Below, one piece after another: positions 8,138-16,967 of a stretch of DNA of 64,000 nt. The stretch spans positions 9,136 to 73,135 of the forward strand of contig JAZQAZ010000040.1 of the NCBI GenBank assembly GCA_045545475.1, in the 5' to 3' direction. Positions within the stretch are counted from its first letter, which is position 1. Each line of letters opens with the position of its first letter. The stretch is from Clostridia bacterium. Lineage in GTDB: Bacteria > Bacillota > Clostridia > CAKSNL01 > HGM11501. A program made the translations under genes and the position numbers. Under the pieces are notes generated by a model. It saw only the letters and a program-made list of their open reading frames with translations, did no database searches and was not told where the DNA came from.

Positions 8138-8563
8138 TCACTTACCAATCACCTTAACCTCTGTGCCTATTTCTTCAGCTGTAAATGTAAAATTGATATT
8201 GGGAATAATAAATGCACTCGCATCGGGAGGCGTTATCCTCTTGCAGACATATGCCGCCTCGCAAACTTCAAAGCGTGTTCCGCCCTTATCTTCAACTATG
8301 TACCCCTTCTCGGGAAAATCAGCCTTCGGAAACAGCGGCACTACACCGCTATCATCATGAGCGCCCACGCTGTCATTCTGAGCCTTCAGGCGAAGAATCT
8401 CTGCGCTCATTTCAAAAATTCCCTCTGCAATATACTGCTGCTCCGGAATACCCTTCGCCTTTATTCGCTCCGCAAACTCAATCAACTCTCTATATTTCTC
8501 CACGAGTAAATCTCCTCCCGAGAAAATCTTCAAAGCTTCCGCTCCGCTTTTCTGCATCTTCAA
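8138..8563 (-). CDS. Hypothetical phage protein (start uncertain)
   Basis: ORF in co-oriented early operon. Confidence 0.45.
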   Translation of the reverse strand: MKMQKSGAEALKIFSGGDLLVEKYRELIEFAERIKAKGIPEQQYIAEGIFEMSAEILRLKAQNDSVGAHDDSGVVPLFPKADFPEKGYIVEDKGGTRFEVCEAAYVCKRITPPDASAFIIPNINFTFTAEEIGTEVKVIGK

Positions 8564-8780
8564 GCCTTTCTTTTATCTCTCCAACCGTAACTCCGGTTCC
8601 TTTCCATAACGGAGACTGCTCTTCTGTCACCAGTTTGTATATCATTGAAGCCATATCCAGCCTCATATCCGCAGGGCTGTTCTCCACCAAAAGACTTATG
8701 GCCATTGCAATGTCAGTAACAATATCAGTCGCCTCACCGCTTACAATAAACCTTCCTTCGTTTCTGTCAATCTTTATCAT
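8490..8780 (-). CDS. Hypothetical phage protein
   Basis: AGGAGG RBS; directly follows xis-like gene. Confidence 0.55.
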   Translation of the reverse strand: MIKIDRNEGRFIVSGEATDIVTDIAMAISLLVENSPADMRLDMASMIYKLVTEEQSPLWKGTGVTVGEIKERLEDAEKRSGSFEDFLGRRFTRGEI

Positions 8781-8781
8781 C

Positions 8782-8997
8782 TTATACTATCCTCCTGAAA
8801 TTAAAATCCTTCTTTATAACGATATGCTCCACACCACCGGGACGGTTTTCGTAATCATCCACTGCCTTGCTTGTTACACGCCAGGCACCTCCAACCTTAA
8901 AGCCCTTAAGCTTTCCTTGAGCAAGCTCCTCATAAATCACGCGGATAGAAATCCTCCACCGCTTCGCCAGCTCATTAACCGTAAATACCGCCTGCAT
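8782..8997 (-). CDS. Excisionase-like HTH_17 DNA-binding protein
   Basis: FTVNELAKRWRIS...IY...GKLKGFKVGGAWRV. Confidence 0.8.
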   Translation of the reverse strand: MQAVFTVNELAKRWRISIRVIYEELAQGKLKGFKVGGAWRVTSKAVDDYENRPGGVEHIVIKKDFNFRRIV

Positions 8998-9015
8998 AAA
9001 ATCACGCTCCTTTTA

Positions 9016-9133
9016 TTGACATTTTTCAAACACCGTGTTATAATAACTACGTTATTAAATTTCCCATTTGTTCATAGTGAACAAAAATTTCCTCAAGCAC
9101 TCACTGCGCCAACAGTGGGTGCTTTTATTTTTT
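9016..9133 (+). ncRNA. Promoter-driven small RNA antisense to the cro-xis transcript (putative)
   Basis: TTGACA-17-TATAAT at 9016..9044, no RBS-led ORF, terminator AAGCACTCACTG-CGCCAA-CAGTGGGTGCTTTT. Confidence 0.6.
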
Positions 9134-9165
9134 CTCGGACTCGCTCTGCTCATAAAAAAGCCTCC

Positions 9166-9342
9166 TTAAAATAAATCATTTACCGTACAATCAAGAATTT
9201 TTGCCAATATAGGAAGCTTGTCTGTCCTCGGCGTTGATTCTCCAGTTTCCCATTTCGCGACAGTGCTTCTATCTATATTGAGTTCCTTAGCAATATCTTC
9301 TTGTTTTAATTTTTTCTTTTCTCTCAGTTCTTTTATCTTCAT
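9166..9342 (-). CDS. Cro-like XRE HTH repressor (58 aa, not in ORF track)
   Basis: Manual translation MKIKELREKKKLKQEDIAKELNIDRSTVAKWETGESTPRTDKLPILAKILDCTVNDLF; GGAGGTG RBS. Confidence 0.9.
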   Translation of the reverse strand: MKIKELREKKKLKQEDIAKELNIDRSTVAKWETGESTPRTDKLPILAKILDCTVNDLF

Positions 9343-9388
9343 TCCATCACCTCCAAAAAGTGCACCAATTTCATTTTTTAATTATAAT

Positions 9389-9504
9389 ATGAATTATATT
9401 CACATTATAATTCCTGTTTTTACCTTTGTCAATACTTTTTGTGAATTTTATTCATATTTTTTTGTTCGAAAAATATTTACAAAGTGAATTTTATTCACTA
9501 TAAT
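9389..9504. promoter_or_regulatory. Lysis-lysogeny switch: divergent promoters with three 15-bp operators
   Basis: RTGAATTWTATTCAY at 9389, 9441 and 9484; minus-strand TTGACA-17-TATAAT (9432..9404); plus-strand TTTACA-17-TATAAT (9476..9504). Confidence 0.8.
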
Positions 9505-9525
9505 GATATTAAAGGTGGTGATATT

Positions 9526-9867
9526 ATGTTTTCAGCTATCTTAAAAAAACTGAGAACTGAAAAGAAAATTACTCAAAAAAAATTAGCAGAGCAGCTTTTT
9601 GTAGACTGTTCTACGGTTACAAAATGGGAGACTGGAAAAGCCTTCCCCGACTTTAAAAAGCAACAAATGTTAGCAGAAATATTTGATGTCTCTATAGACT
9701 ACCTCTTTGGTCGAGAAGACAAAAAAGAAAAGCCCGCCGAAAACGACGAGCTTGAAAATAAAAATGTTAAATTTATAGGCAGGGACGGAACAGTCAAGTT
9801 CAAAAAGCTTTCTCCTGAAATGATTGCTATGCTTGAACAGCTTCCCGATTCAGGCGATGATCTTTAA
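9526..9867 (+). CDS. CI/ImmR-like XRE HTH repressor
   Basis: LKKLRTEKKITQKKLAEQL...TVTKWETGKAFPD...IFDVSIDYLFG; divergent from cro. Confidence 0.88.
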   Translation: MFSAILKKLRTEKKITQKKLAEQLFVDCSTVTKWETGKAFPDFKKQQMLAEIFDVSIDYLFGREDKKEKPAENDELENKNVKFIGRDGTVKFKKLSPEMIAMLEQLPDSGDDL

Positions 9868-10399
9868 TAAAATTCTTAAATCGTTTTTTAACCTTTCGTT
9901 CCAAAGGATGTAAATAGAATTTGTTCCGCTCCGTAAGGACTTTAAAACGTTTAAGTCTTATCTCCGCTGCAGCCTTGCTTACATCACATAAAAGCATAAT
10001 GTCCTCTGCCGTTTGTACATTGCATTCCTTAAGTATGCAGGCAGGCATAAGAAGCCTGGATGCAAAAACATCCGCTTCAACTTCTCTGTCTTCTACCTCT
10101 GTTTCATTATGGCCGAGTAATATGTGCCCTATTTCGTGAGCAATGGTAAAGCGTTGCCTTTTAGAATTTACACTGTCATTGTAAAATATGTATGCTTTTT
10201 TTCCGATAACAACAGAAAACCCATCACCTACTTTCGGAACTCTCGGAGCTTCAGAATATTTAATAGCCTTAATTCCAAGCTTCTTGCATAAAGGAATTAC
10301 TTTTACCGGTAATTCGCTTATATGCTCTTTAACCATTATCTCCCACGCTAAATTACGGGAGAATTTATATCGTGTGTATTTCATACACATCACCTCCAC
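9827..10399 (-). CDS. ImmA/IrrE-family metallopeptidase
   Basis: RQRFTIAHEIGHILLGH (HExxH), EVEADVFASRLLMP. Confidence 0.9.
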   Translation of the reverse strand: MEVMCMKYTRYKFSRNLAWEIMVKEHISELPVKVIPLCKKLGIKAIKYSEAPRVPKVGDGFSVVIGKKAYIFYNDSVNSKRQRFTIAHEIGHILLGHNETEVEDREVEADVFASRLLMPACILKECNVQTAEDIMLLCDVSKAAAEIRLKRFKVLTERNKFYLHPLERKVKKRFKNFIKDHRLNREAVQA

Positions 10400-10518
10400 C
10401 TCTCATAATAAGGTGGAATATGACAAAATTCTACAGGAATATATTGTAAAAAGTTTTTGAATCCCGAGGAAAAATAAATATAAAAGCAGTTGAATTTCTC
10501 GTAAAATAAGGAGTTATA

Positions 10519-12840
10519 ATGGACACTATCAGGTCTTATCTTGCAAATAGTGCTAAAACATATTATGAATATTTAACCCAGAACGACAAAGGAGTTTCCC
10601 GCATAAAAGTCAGAAGCATTTCTATTATCCAGCAAAACAAAATTAATTTATCATTGGATTCTGAACTTTCTGATATATCTTTCTTGAAAGCTCTTATTGC
10701 AGACGGCAAAAAGCTCTCTTTAGATGCTTGTGAGATTTCGCTTATATCTCCGATGATTATTTCACTTGAAGCCGAAATTGCTTTGATTAACAGGCTTATG
10801 GATGCTAAAGGAATATATTTAATTATCGATTTTCGTATTTTGGTTAAAAGAATTCAAGAAAAATATGAAGAATCAGCCGAGACACTGAAACTTCCGAATA
10901 ATCCTCCCGCACTCAAATTTCCACTAAAAACTTTTGGGCAAGTCCCATTCACCGTTTCACAGCAGGAAGCAATAAATAATATTTTTGCTTCTCCTATTTC
11001 TTATATATGGGGCGGAGCAGGAAGCGGAAAAACTCGTTTTGTACTTGCCTATTCAATATTAGCCTATCTTTTATCAAAAAGAAGGGTTCTTCTTTGTGCA
11101 CCCACAAATATTGCTTTGGAAAATGCATTAAAAGAGATTATTCCTATCGCCGTATCGTACGGGATTGCACCGTCACAAATTTATCGTCACGGAAAGCCCT
11201 CTGCAGATTTTACCGCTAAATATCCTGAATCCTGCAACAATGCTATAAGTAAAGAATTAAAAAATGCACAAAGTACAAAAACACGTTTAGAGCGACTGCT
11301 CCGTGCTGAACAAAAATTGCAATGGCTTTTTGAACTTAATGAAATTATAGATTCTGCAATTACACTCTCTTCCGAGATTAAGCGTAAAACCGCTTTGATT
11401 GATGCGATTTCAATAAAACAAAACTTAAATCTCCAAGCCATATTATCTAAAGAAACGGCTATTGCTATACTGAACGGCAAAATTAATGCACAAAAAAGAA
11501 GCCTTCAATTCAAAATTAAAAGTTTCTTTAATAAAAAACATTATACTCAAATTTTATCTCCCATGCTTAATGAACTTGGAAAGCTCAACTCTGAGCATAT
11601 AGATTTAACCGAAGAAAAACATTCTCTAACCAAAGAATCGGAAGTGATAAAGAAAGATATCCTACATATTCTGCGACAACTGCAGGACATACATAACAAA
11701 ATAAAACATCGGGCATCAAATTTAAAAATCAATGTGAATTTGTTGAAATTGGATATTCTTCAAATCCGCATACACAAACGTATACATTACGGAAAAGATT
11801 ATATTGGAAAAGAGAAAATTGCTCTTGCTCCGCTTAATCTGCTGACAACCGAAGATATAAAAAGAAATATAGAACAGACTGATAAATTGATTGCCGATTT
11901 AACTGCAAGGCATGAGGAAAAAAATAAAGCTATACTTCTTCACGGATGCACTCTTGATGGGTTAGTATCTATATCTGATGACTATATCTTTTCCCATGCT
12001 TTTTTGGATGAAGCATGTTATTCTTGCATCGCAAAGACATCTCTGTTGTTTTTCCTTAAATGTCCTGTTACATATCTCGGAGACCATATGCAGCTCCCTC
12101 CTGTGTCAGAAATTAATGATATCGAAAAACTTGGCCGTAATGAAGGAGAGCTTCTTTGCTTATGGGAACAAAGCGGCATATATTCAAGTTCTATTTTTGA
12201 AAAAAACTTTTCAAAAATATATGATGATTATATAAATGGCACAGAATCCCTTCCTGGTATGCTTTCTATTTCTGTTCTTCCTGAGACTCACCGCTTCGGA
12301 AAAACACTTTCTTATATTTTGAATAAGTATGTATATAAAAACGGTTTTACATCTATAAAAGAAAACGAAACTTTTATTTCAGTAATACACGCTTCTAAAA
12401 AAACTCCGTGCAAAGACTACAGGGAAAATATTGACGAAGTAAATGCCATAAAAAATTATCTAAATAAAAATCATACTATTAATGACTTTGCAATACTAAC
12501 TCCATATGTAAAGCAAGCCAAGCTCTTAAAAAATAGTTTATCTAAAGAATATACTCAAAACATTTTAACCGTTCATAAATCTCAAGGACAAGAATGGGAT
12601 ACGGTTATTTTGAGCGTATCAGACACTTCCAATAAGTTTTTTACCGATGTAAATAACCCTTCTTCGCGTGGAAAACAGCTCCTAAATACAGCTATAAGCC
12701 GTGCAAGAAAAAATTTAATTATTGTCTGTGATACTGATTACTGGGCTGGCATTAACAATCAGCTGATTTCAGAATTAATACGTATTTCTATACCCACACA
12801 AACGAAAGGAGGCCCGCAATGGCAAGAAAAGGACTCTTAA
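10519..12840 (+). CDS. SF1 (Upf1/DNA2-like) helicase with coiled-coil insert; prophage cargo
   Basis: GGAGSGKT, CAPTNIAL, LDEA, GDHMQLPP, THRF, LTPY, TVHKSQGQEWD, NTAISRARK. Confidence 0.85.
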   Translation: MDTIRSYLANSAKTYYEYLTQNDKGVSRIKVRSISIIQQNKINLSLDSELSDISFLKALIADGKKLSLDACEISLISPMIISLEAEIALINRLMDAKGIYLIIDFRILVKRIQEKYEESAETLKLPNNPPALKFPLKTFGQVPFTVSQQEAINNIFASPISYIWGGAGSGKTRFVLAYSILAYLLSKRRVLLCAPTNIALENALKEIIPIAVSYGIAPSQIYRHGKPSADFTAKYPESCNNAISKELKNAQSTKTRLERLLRAEQKLQWLFELNEIIDSAITLSSEIKRKTALIDAISIKQNLNLQAILSKETAIAILNGKINAQKRSLQFKIKSFFNKKHYTQILSPMLNELGKLNSEHIDLTEEKHSLTKESEVIKKDILHILRQLQDIHNKIKHRASNLKINVNLLKLDILQIRIHKRIHYGKDYIGKEKIALAPLNLLTTEDIKRNIEQTDKLIADLTARHEEKNKAILLHGCTLDGLVSISDDYIFSHAFLDEACYSCIAKTSLLFFLKCPVTYLGDHMQLPPVSEINDIEKLGRNEGELLCLWEQSGIYSSSIFEKNFSKIYDDYINGTESLPGMLSISVLPETHRFGKTLSYILNKYVYKNGFTSIKENETFISVIHASKKTPCKDYRENIDEVNAIKNYLNKNHTINDFAILTPYVKQAKLLKNSLSKEYTQNILTVHKSQGQEWDTVILSVSDTSNKFFTDVNNPSSRGKQLLNTAISRARKNLIIVCDTDYWAGINNQLISELIRISIPTQTKGGPQWQEKDS

Positions 12841-13916
12841 CCGCCACACTCACGCTTCCCGGCGGAAAGAGAAAATATATCTACGGAAAAACCAAAGCCG
12901 AGCTTGAAGAAAAACTTCTTGAAGCCAAACTTCTGCTTAAGGCAGGAGTGAATCCCGGAAACGATGTAACCTTTTATGAATATGCTCAGGCTTGGTACAA
13001 TTCCTATAAGAAGCCTTATCTCAGAGATACAAGCCGGGAAAATCTTCTCTACACCCTCAATAGCTATATAGTCCCGTACCTTTCTTCTGTAAAGATGTCA
13101 GACGTAACTCCGATGCATATTCAGCAAATTCTTTCCTCGGTATCGGAAAAGAGCCGAAGCCTTAATAATAAAGTGCTGCAGACATTAAGACACATATTTG
13201 ATACAGCTGTAGATAATAACGTGATAGCCAAAAGCCCGGTTCCCTTAAAGCAAAAAACCGCCGGCAAGAAAACTGAAGAAAAAAAGCCCCTTACAAAGGA
13301 GCAGGAAAATATACTTATAGACGCTTTGGAAGGAACACGTGCAAGCCTGTTCGTCCTCATAGGCTTAAAAACAGGTATGAGACGCGAAGAAATCCTCGGA
13401 CTTAATTGGGACTGTGTTGACCTTGAAAAACGCCTGATTCACGTCAAGAGAACGCTATTGCTTACTGACAAGGCTTCAAAGATTTCCGAAACTACAAAAA
13501 CGGATTCGGGAAACCGCTTAATCCCCATTCCTGACTCACTTCATAAAATTCTTACAGAAGAAAAAGAGAAATCGAATTCAGAATGGCTTTTTACAACACA
13601 GGAAGGAAATCCTTTAACCCGCTCTTCTTTCAGACGGATGTGGACCGCTGTAGAAACCCGTTATGTGAAAAATAAGACGGAACTCAATGAAAAGCACCGA
13701 CCGGAAGTAAAAAGAATAATAAGCTTCCACGTTACACCACATATACTTCGCCATACATATATAACAAGACTTTTCGAAGCAGGGCTCGATGTCAAACAGG
13801 TTCAATACCTCGCAGGACATAAAACTCCGGATATAACTATGAAAATTTATATTCATTTCTGTGAGGAAACTCGAAGAGATTCCACTTTTGATATGGCAAA
13901 GGCAGCTATCGGCTAA
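12819..13916 (+). CDS. int: Tyrosine recombinase / phage integrase
   Basis: TGMRREEILGL (R), TKT (K), HILRHTY (HxxR), LAGH, IYIH (Y); N-terminal RKYIYGKT arm-binding region. Confidence 0.95.
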   Translation: MARKGLLTATLTLPGGKRKYIYGKTKAELEEKLLEAKLLLKAGVNPGNDVTFYEYAQAWYNSYKKPYLRDTSRENLLYTLNSYIVPYLSSVKMSDVTPMHIQQILSSVSEKSRSLNNKVLQTLRHIFDTAVDNNVIAKSPVPLKQKTAGKKTEEKKPLTKEQENILIDALEGTRASLFVLIGLKTGMRREEILGLNWDCVDLEKRLIHVKRTLLLTDKASKISETTKTDSGNRLIPIPDSLHKILTEEKEKSNSEWLFTTQEGNPLTRSSFRRMWTAVETRYVKNKTELNEKHRPEVKRIISFHVTPHILRHTYITRLFEAGLDVKQVQYLAGHKTPDITMKIYIHFCEETRRDSTFDMAKAAIG

Positions 13917-13919
13917 GCT

Positions 13920-13939
13920 GTACCACACGCGTACCACAC
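13920..13939. repeat. Direct repeat GTACCACAC x2, probable integrase arm-type sites
   Basis: Immediately after int stop, between int and the tRNA att region. Confidence 0.55.
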
Positions 13940-14005
13940 ATAAAGAGGTATAAAGCATTAGAAAGCGTTCAAAATACGCTTATTTATTTTTTACTTCGAA
14001 AACAC

Positions 14006-14052
14006 AAAAAGACCGCAACCCCTTGTAACACAAGGATTTGCGGTCTTTTTGT
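14006..14052 (-). terminator. Terminator downstream of tRNA-Lys
   Basis: AAAAAGACCGCAA...TTGCGGTCTTTTT inverted repeat. Confidence 0.7.
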
Positions 14053-14053
14053 T

Positions 14054-14129
14054 TGGTGACCCATCGGAGATTCGAACTCCGGACACCTTGATTAAAAGTC
14101 AAGTGCTCTGCCAACTGAGCTAATGGATC
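14054..14129 (-). tRNA. tRNA-Lys (UUU); probable prophage attachment site
   Basis: GATCCATTAGCTCAGTTGG...CTTGA-CTTTTAA-TCAAG...GTTCGAATC...CCA. Confidence 0.97.
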
Positions 14130-14136
14130 ATATTAT

Positions 14137-14211
14137 TGGCTGGGCTGGCTGGACTCGAACCAGCGAATGCCAGAGTCAAAGTCTGGTGCCTTACCACTTG
14201 GCGACAGCCCA
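14137..14211 (-). tRNA. tRNA-Gln (UUG)
   Basis: TGGGCTGTCGCCAAGTGGTAAGGC...CTTTGAC...CCA. Confidence 0.97.
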
Positions 14212-14246
14212 GTATAACTCAAGGCGTAATACCAATATAAAAAAAA

Positions 14247-14324
14247 TGGGGTGGATAGTGGGACTCGAACCCCCGGCCTCCAGAGCCACAATCTGGCGCG
14301 CTAGCCAACTGCCCCATACCCACC
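14247..14324 (-). tRNA. tRNA-His (GUG)
   Basis: Anticodon loop TTGTGGC, G-1, CCA end. Confidence 0.95.
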
Positions 14325-14333
14325 ATAAAAAAA

Positions 14334-14410
14334 TGGCGTGCCTGCGGGGACTCGAACCCAGGACCTACTGCTTAGAAGGCAGTTGCTCTATCCAGCTGAG
14401 CTACAGGCAC
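14334..14410 (-). tRNA. tRNA-Arg (UCU)
   Basis: Anticodon loop CTTCTAA, TTCGAG T loop, CCA. Confidence 0.97.
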
Positions 14411-14417
14411 AAAATAA

Positions 14418-14491
14418 TGGAGCGGGTGATGGGAATCGAACCCACGCGATCAGCTTGGAAGGCTGAGATTCTACCATTGAACTACACCCGC
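14418..14491 (-). tRNA. tRNA-Gly (UCC)
   Basis: GCGGGTGTAGTTCAATGG...CTTCCAA...CCA. Confidence 0.97.
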
Positions 14492-14521
14492 TTATAAGTA
14501 TTAAATTCAAACGACTTAGCT

Positions 14522-14550
14522 ATTATAGCAAAGCTTTTCGGTTTTGTCAA
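14522..14550 (-). promoter_or_regulatory. Sigma-A promoter of the tRNA operon
   Basis: TTGACA-17-TATAAT with extended -10 TG. Confidence 0.85.
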
Positions 14551-14628
14551 TACCTTTTTTAATTTTTTATCAAATATTTTTCTCCGATACCCCAAAGAAG
14601 TATCGGAGAAAAATGCTAATTATCCCTA

Positions 14629-15720
14629 TTATTCATCCGTCTTTATTGATTCAAGAACAGCCTTAAAATCATTATATATATTTTTGTCAAATGCAGGATA
14701 CCCCAACTTATTAAGTTCCGCTATGTTGTTGAGATTGTTTTTTACCAGATTTAAGATTCCCGCTTCCATTCCGTAAACAGCTTGTGTCATATGTGCATCC
14801 ATAAGGTAATAAGATTGACCGTCAGATATAATTTCCTTTGCATACTCATTGGCAACATCATAATTCCCAAAGGAGGCCAAAAAGCACATATAGGTATAGT
14901 TTCCGTACTGTAATTCATCCGATTTCTGAATGCCTTTACTTTCAGAAATTCCGATAAATGTACTTAGTGCAAAAACAATGAGCAAAGCTATAGCAGTAAG
15001 CTTGCGGGAGGTTATAAGCTTTTTCCTGCTTCTTGCACTCAGACAGACGCAAGTCATAAGATATCCTCCAAAAAGTCCGCCGAAATGAGCCAGGTTATTA
15101 ATCCCTCCCGTAAAGCTGTAAAGTGTTGTTATTATAACACAGGAAATTACGCCCCTCATCATCATGCGGTTCATTGCCGTGGGATTTATATAATATATTG
15201 CAACAATCGCTCCCAAAAGGCCGAAAATCGCACCTGATGCTCCGATAGACGGGTTCTTCATAAAGGCAAATGTAAGAAAATTACCTAACAGTCCGCCGAC
15301 AAAATATATAAGTAAATACTTAATCCTTCCTACCGCCGGCTCAAGTAATGTACCGTAAACATATAAGGCATAACAGTTGGATAAAAGATGGAACAAACCT
15401 TCATGAGTAAAAATCGACGTTACAATGCGGTAAACCTGCCCCGAAGCCACTGCTCCTCTGTGCATGGATAAAATACTTGCCAAATCGCTCCCGTTAAAAT
15501 TAAGAATTCTTATAACTAAAAATACTAAAACATTTATTGCTATAAGCGTAATAGTTGCTTTTGGTTTAACATAAGAGTACTTAACTCCGGAGCGAACGTA
15601 TTTTTCCGGCTCATACGAATTTTCCGATTTATTCTCTTTATCAAATCCGTTATGGCCGCAAACCGGACAAAAGTCGCAATTATCCGAAAGACATTGTCCG
15701 CAGGATGAGCAATATTTCAC
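14629..15720 (-). CDS. Rhomboid-family intramembrane serine protease with N-terminal zinc ribbon
   Basis: HLLSN, GASGAIFG, AHFGG; multiple TMs. Confidence 0.9.
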   Translation of the reverse strand: MKYCSSCGQCLSDNCDFCPVCGHNGFDKENKSENSYEPEKYVRSGVKYSYVKPKATITLIAINVLVFLVIRILNFNGSDLASILSMHRGAVASGQVYRIVTSIFTHEGLFHLLSNCYALYVYGTLLEPAVGRIKYLLIYFVGGLLGNFLTFAFMKNPSIGASGAIFGLLGAIVAIYYINPTAMNRMMMRGVISCVIITTLYSFTGGINNLAHFGGLFGGYLMTCVCLSARSRKKLITSRKLTAIALLIVFALSTFIGISESKGIQKSDELQYGNYTYMCFLASFGNYDVANEYAKEIISDGQSYYLMDAHMTQAVYGMEAGILNLVKNNLNNIAELNKLGYPAFDKNIYNDFKAVLESIKTDE

Positions 15721-16934
15721 TCTTTTGTTCCTCCTTCCTCTTTATGCAAGCCAAACTTTTCAGTTGTCTTTTCTTTATGCGAAATAAAGAACCAGTCAAA
15801 AAGTCCGACATCGTAAAACTTATACAATAACGTTGCAACTATAGGCATTATAAGCATACCGATAAATCCGTAAATTTTATATCCCACCCATATGGATATC
15901 AGAGACGTAAGCGGTCCTATTCCAATTGAATCCCCCAAAATCTTTGGCTGTACTATGTTCCTTACGGAAAGGCATATAAGATAAAGAACCAACATTCCTA
16001 TGGTAATGAAGATGCTTCCTCCTGCAAGAAGGTTTATAAGCGACCAGGGAATAAGTACTGTACCAACTCCGAGAATAGGAAGCATATCCACAATTGCTAC
16101 CACTATGGCCAACAGAGCCGCATTATCAATCCCCATTATAATAAAGCCTACAAAAAGTAATGCAGATGTTATCAAAGTAAGTATAATTTGTGCTTTAAGT
16201 GTTCCCAGAAGTGCTCCGAAGCATTCGTTTTTAACAAGATGCATTCTTTCTTTGAATCCTTCCGAAACATTTTCCTGATACCAAAGAGCATATTTTTCCT
16301 TTCCGCTTGTAAAAAAGTAAGTAGAAAGCATAAGCATAACGATAAAAATTATAGCTCCGGGCAGGCTTTTAACAACAGAAATGGTTCCCGTTGCAAAGTT
16401 TCCTGCAAAAGGTCTCAAAACATCGGTAAGCTGTGACATAAAATCCGAGCTTAACTCCGTAATGTCCTTCCCCACATTATAGCCTCCGCTATGAGCAGCA
16501 GGTTTATTTATCTTCATCATTTCCATAAAGTCAAACGGAAGACTGTCAGACCATTCAACCAAGCCCTTATATGCAGAATTGAAATAGTCCGCCGCACCAT
16601 TAATTATCATTTCCCAGTTCTTAATCACATAGCTCGACGCATCAGACACCAGTGACACTAAAAGTACCACTAAAAGAGCCAGTAAAGTGAGCAAAATAAG
16701 AACCGTAATCACAGCACTTATTTTATAAGGAACATGCAGCTTCTTTTTAAGAAATTTAACCATGGGAGACGCCACAAGCGAAACACCCCATCCTATGATA
16801 AACGGCATAAACAGTACAATTGCATACGGCAACACTCTGAATGCAAGCACAACTACTCCTATTAAAAGCAACATCAAAAAATACCTTGAGTATTTTTTAT
16901 GAAAATTGTTAAGCCTCTCAAAAAATTCTTCCAT
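15717..16934 (-). CDS. YtvI-like AI-2E family membrane protein
   Basis: VDMLPILGVGTVLIPW, RNIVQPKILGDSIG. Confidence 0.8.
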   Translation of the reverse strand: MEEFFERLNNFHKKYSRYFLMLLLIGVVVLAFRVLPYAIVLFMPFIIGWGVSLVASPMVKFLKKKLHVPYKISAVITVLILLTLLALLVVLLVSLVSDASSYVIKNWEMIINGAADYFNSAYKGLVEWSDSLPFDFMEMMKINKPAAHSGGYNVGKDITELSSDFMSQLTDVLRPFAGNFATGTISVVKSLPGAIIFIVMLMLSTYFFTSGKEKYALWYQENVSEGFKERMHLVKNECFGALLGTLKAQIILTLITSALLFVGFIIMGIDNAALLAIVVAIVDMLPILGVGTVLIPWSLINLLAGGSIFITIGMLVLYLICLSVRNIVQPKILGDSIGIGPLTSLISIWVGYKIYGFIGMLIMPIVATLLYKFYDVGLFDWFFISHKEKTTEKFGLHKEEGGTKE

Positions 16935-16967
16935 ATAGTTTCTCCTTTAACTTAAAAAAGGGGTATC

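Larger units (their letters stand above)
1..14053. mobile_element. Prophage-like integrated element (right end: early, immunity and integrase modules); extends beyond the window's left edge
   Basis: Tyrosine integrase next to tRNA-Lys 3' end; CI/Cro/ImmA/Xis module; dense co-oriented small phage-type ORFs (YopX, ASCH, ParB, Com-like). No virion genes visible in the window. Confidence 0.88.

Noticed and set aside
8212-9174. 320-aa plus-strand ORF
   Set aside because: Antisense to three RBS-led minus-strand phage genes; no recognisable motifs.
1-13916. Diversity-generating retroelement, retron or conjugation module in the prophage
   Set aside because: No reverse transcriptase, template/variable repeat pair or T4SS genes are visible in the window.
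14123-14497. 124-aa plus-strand ORF
   Set aside because: Antisense shadow of the tRNA cluster.
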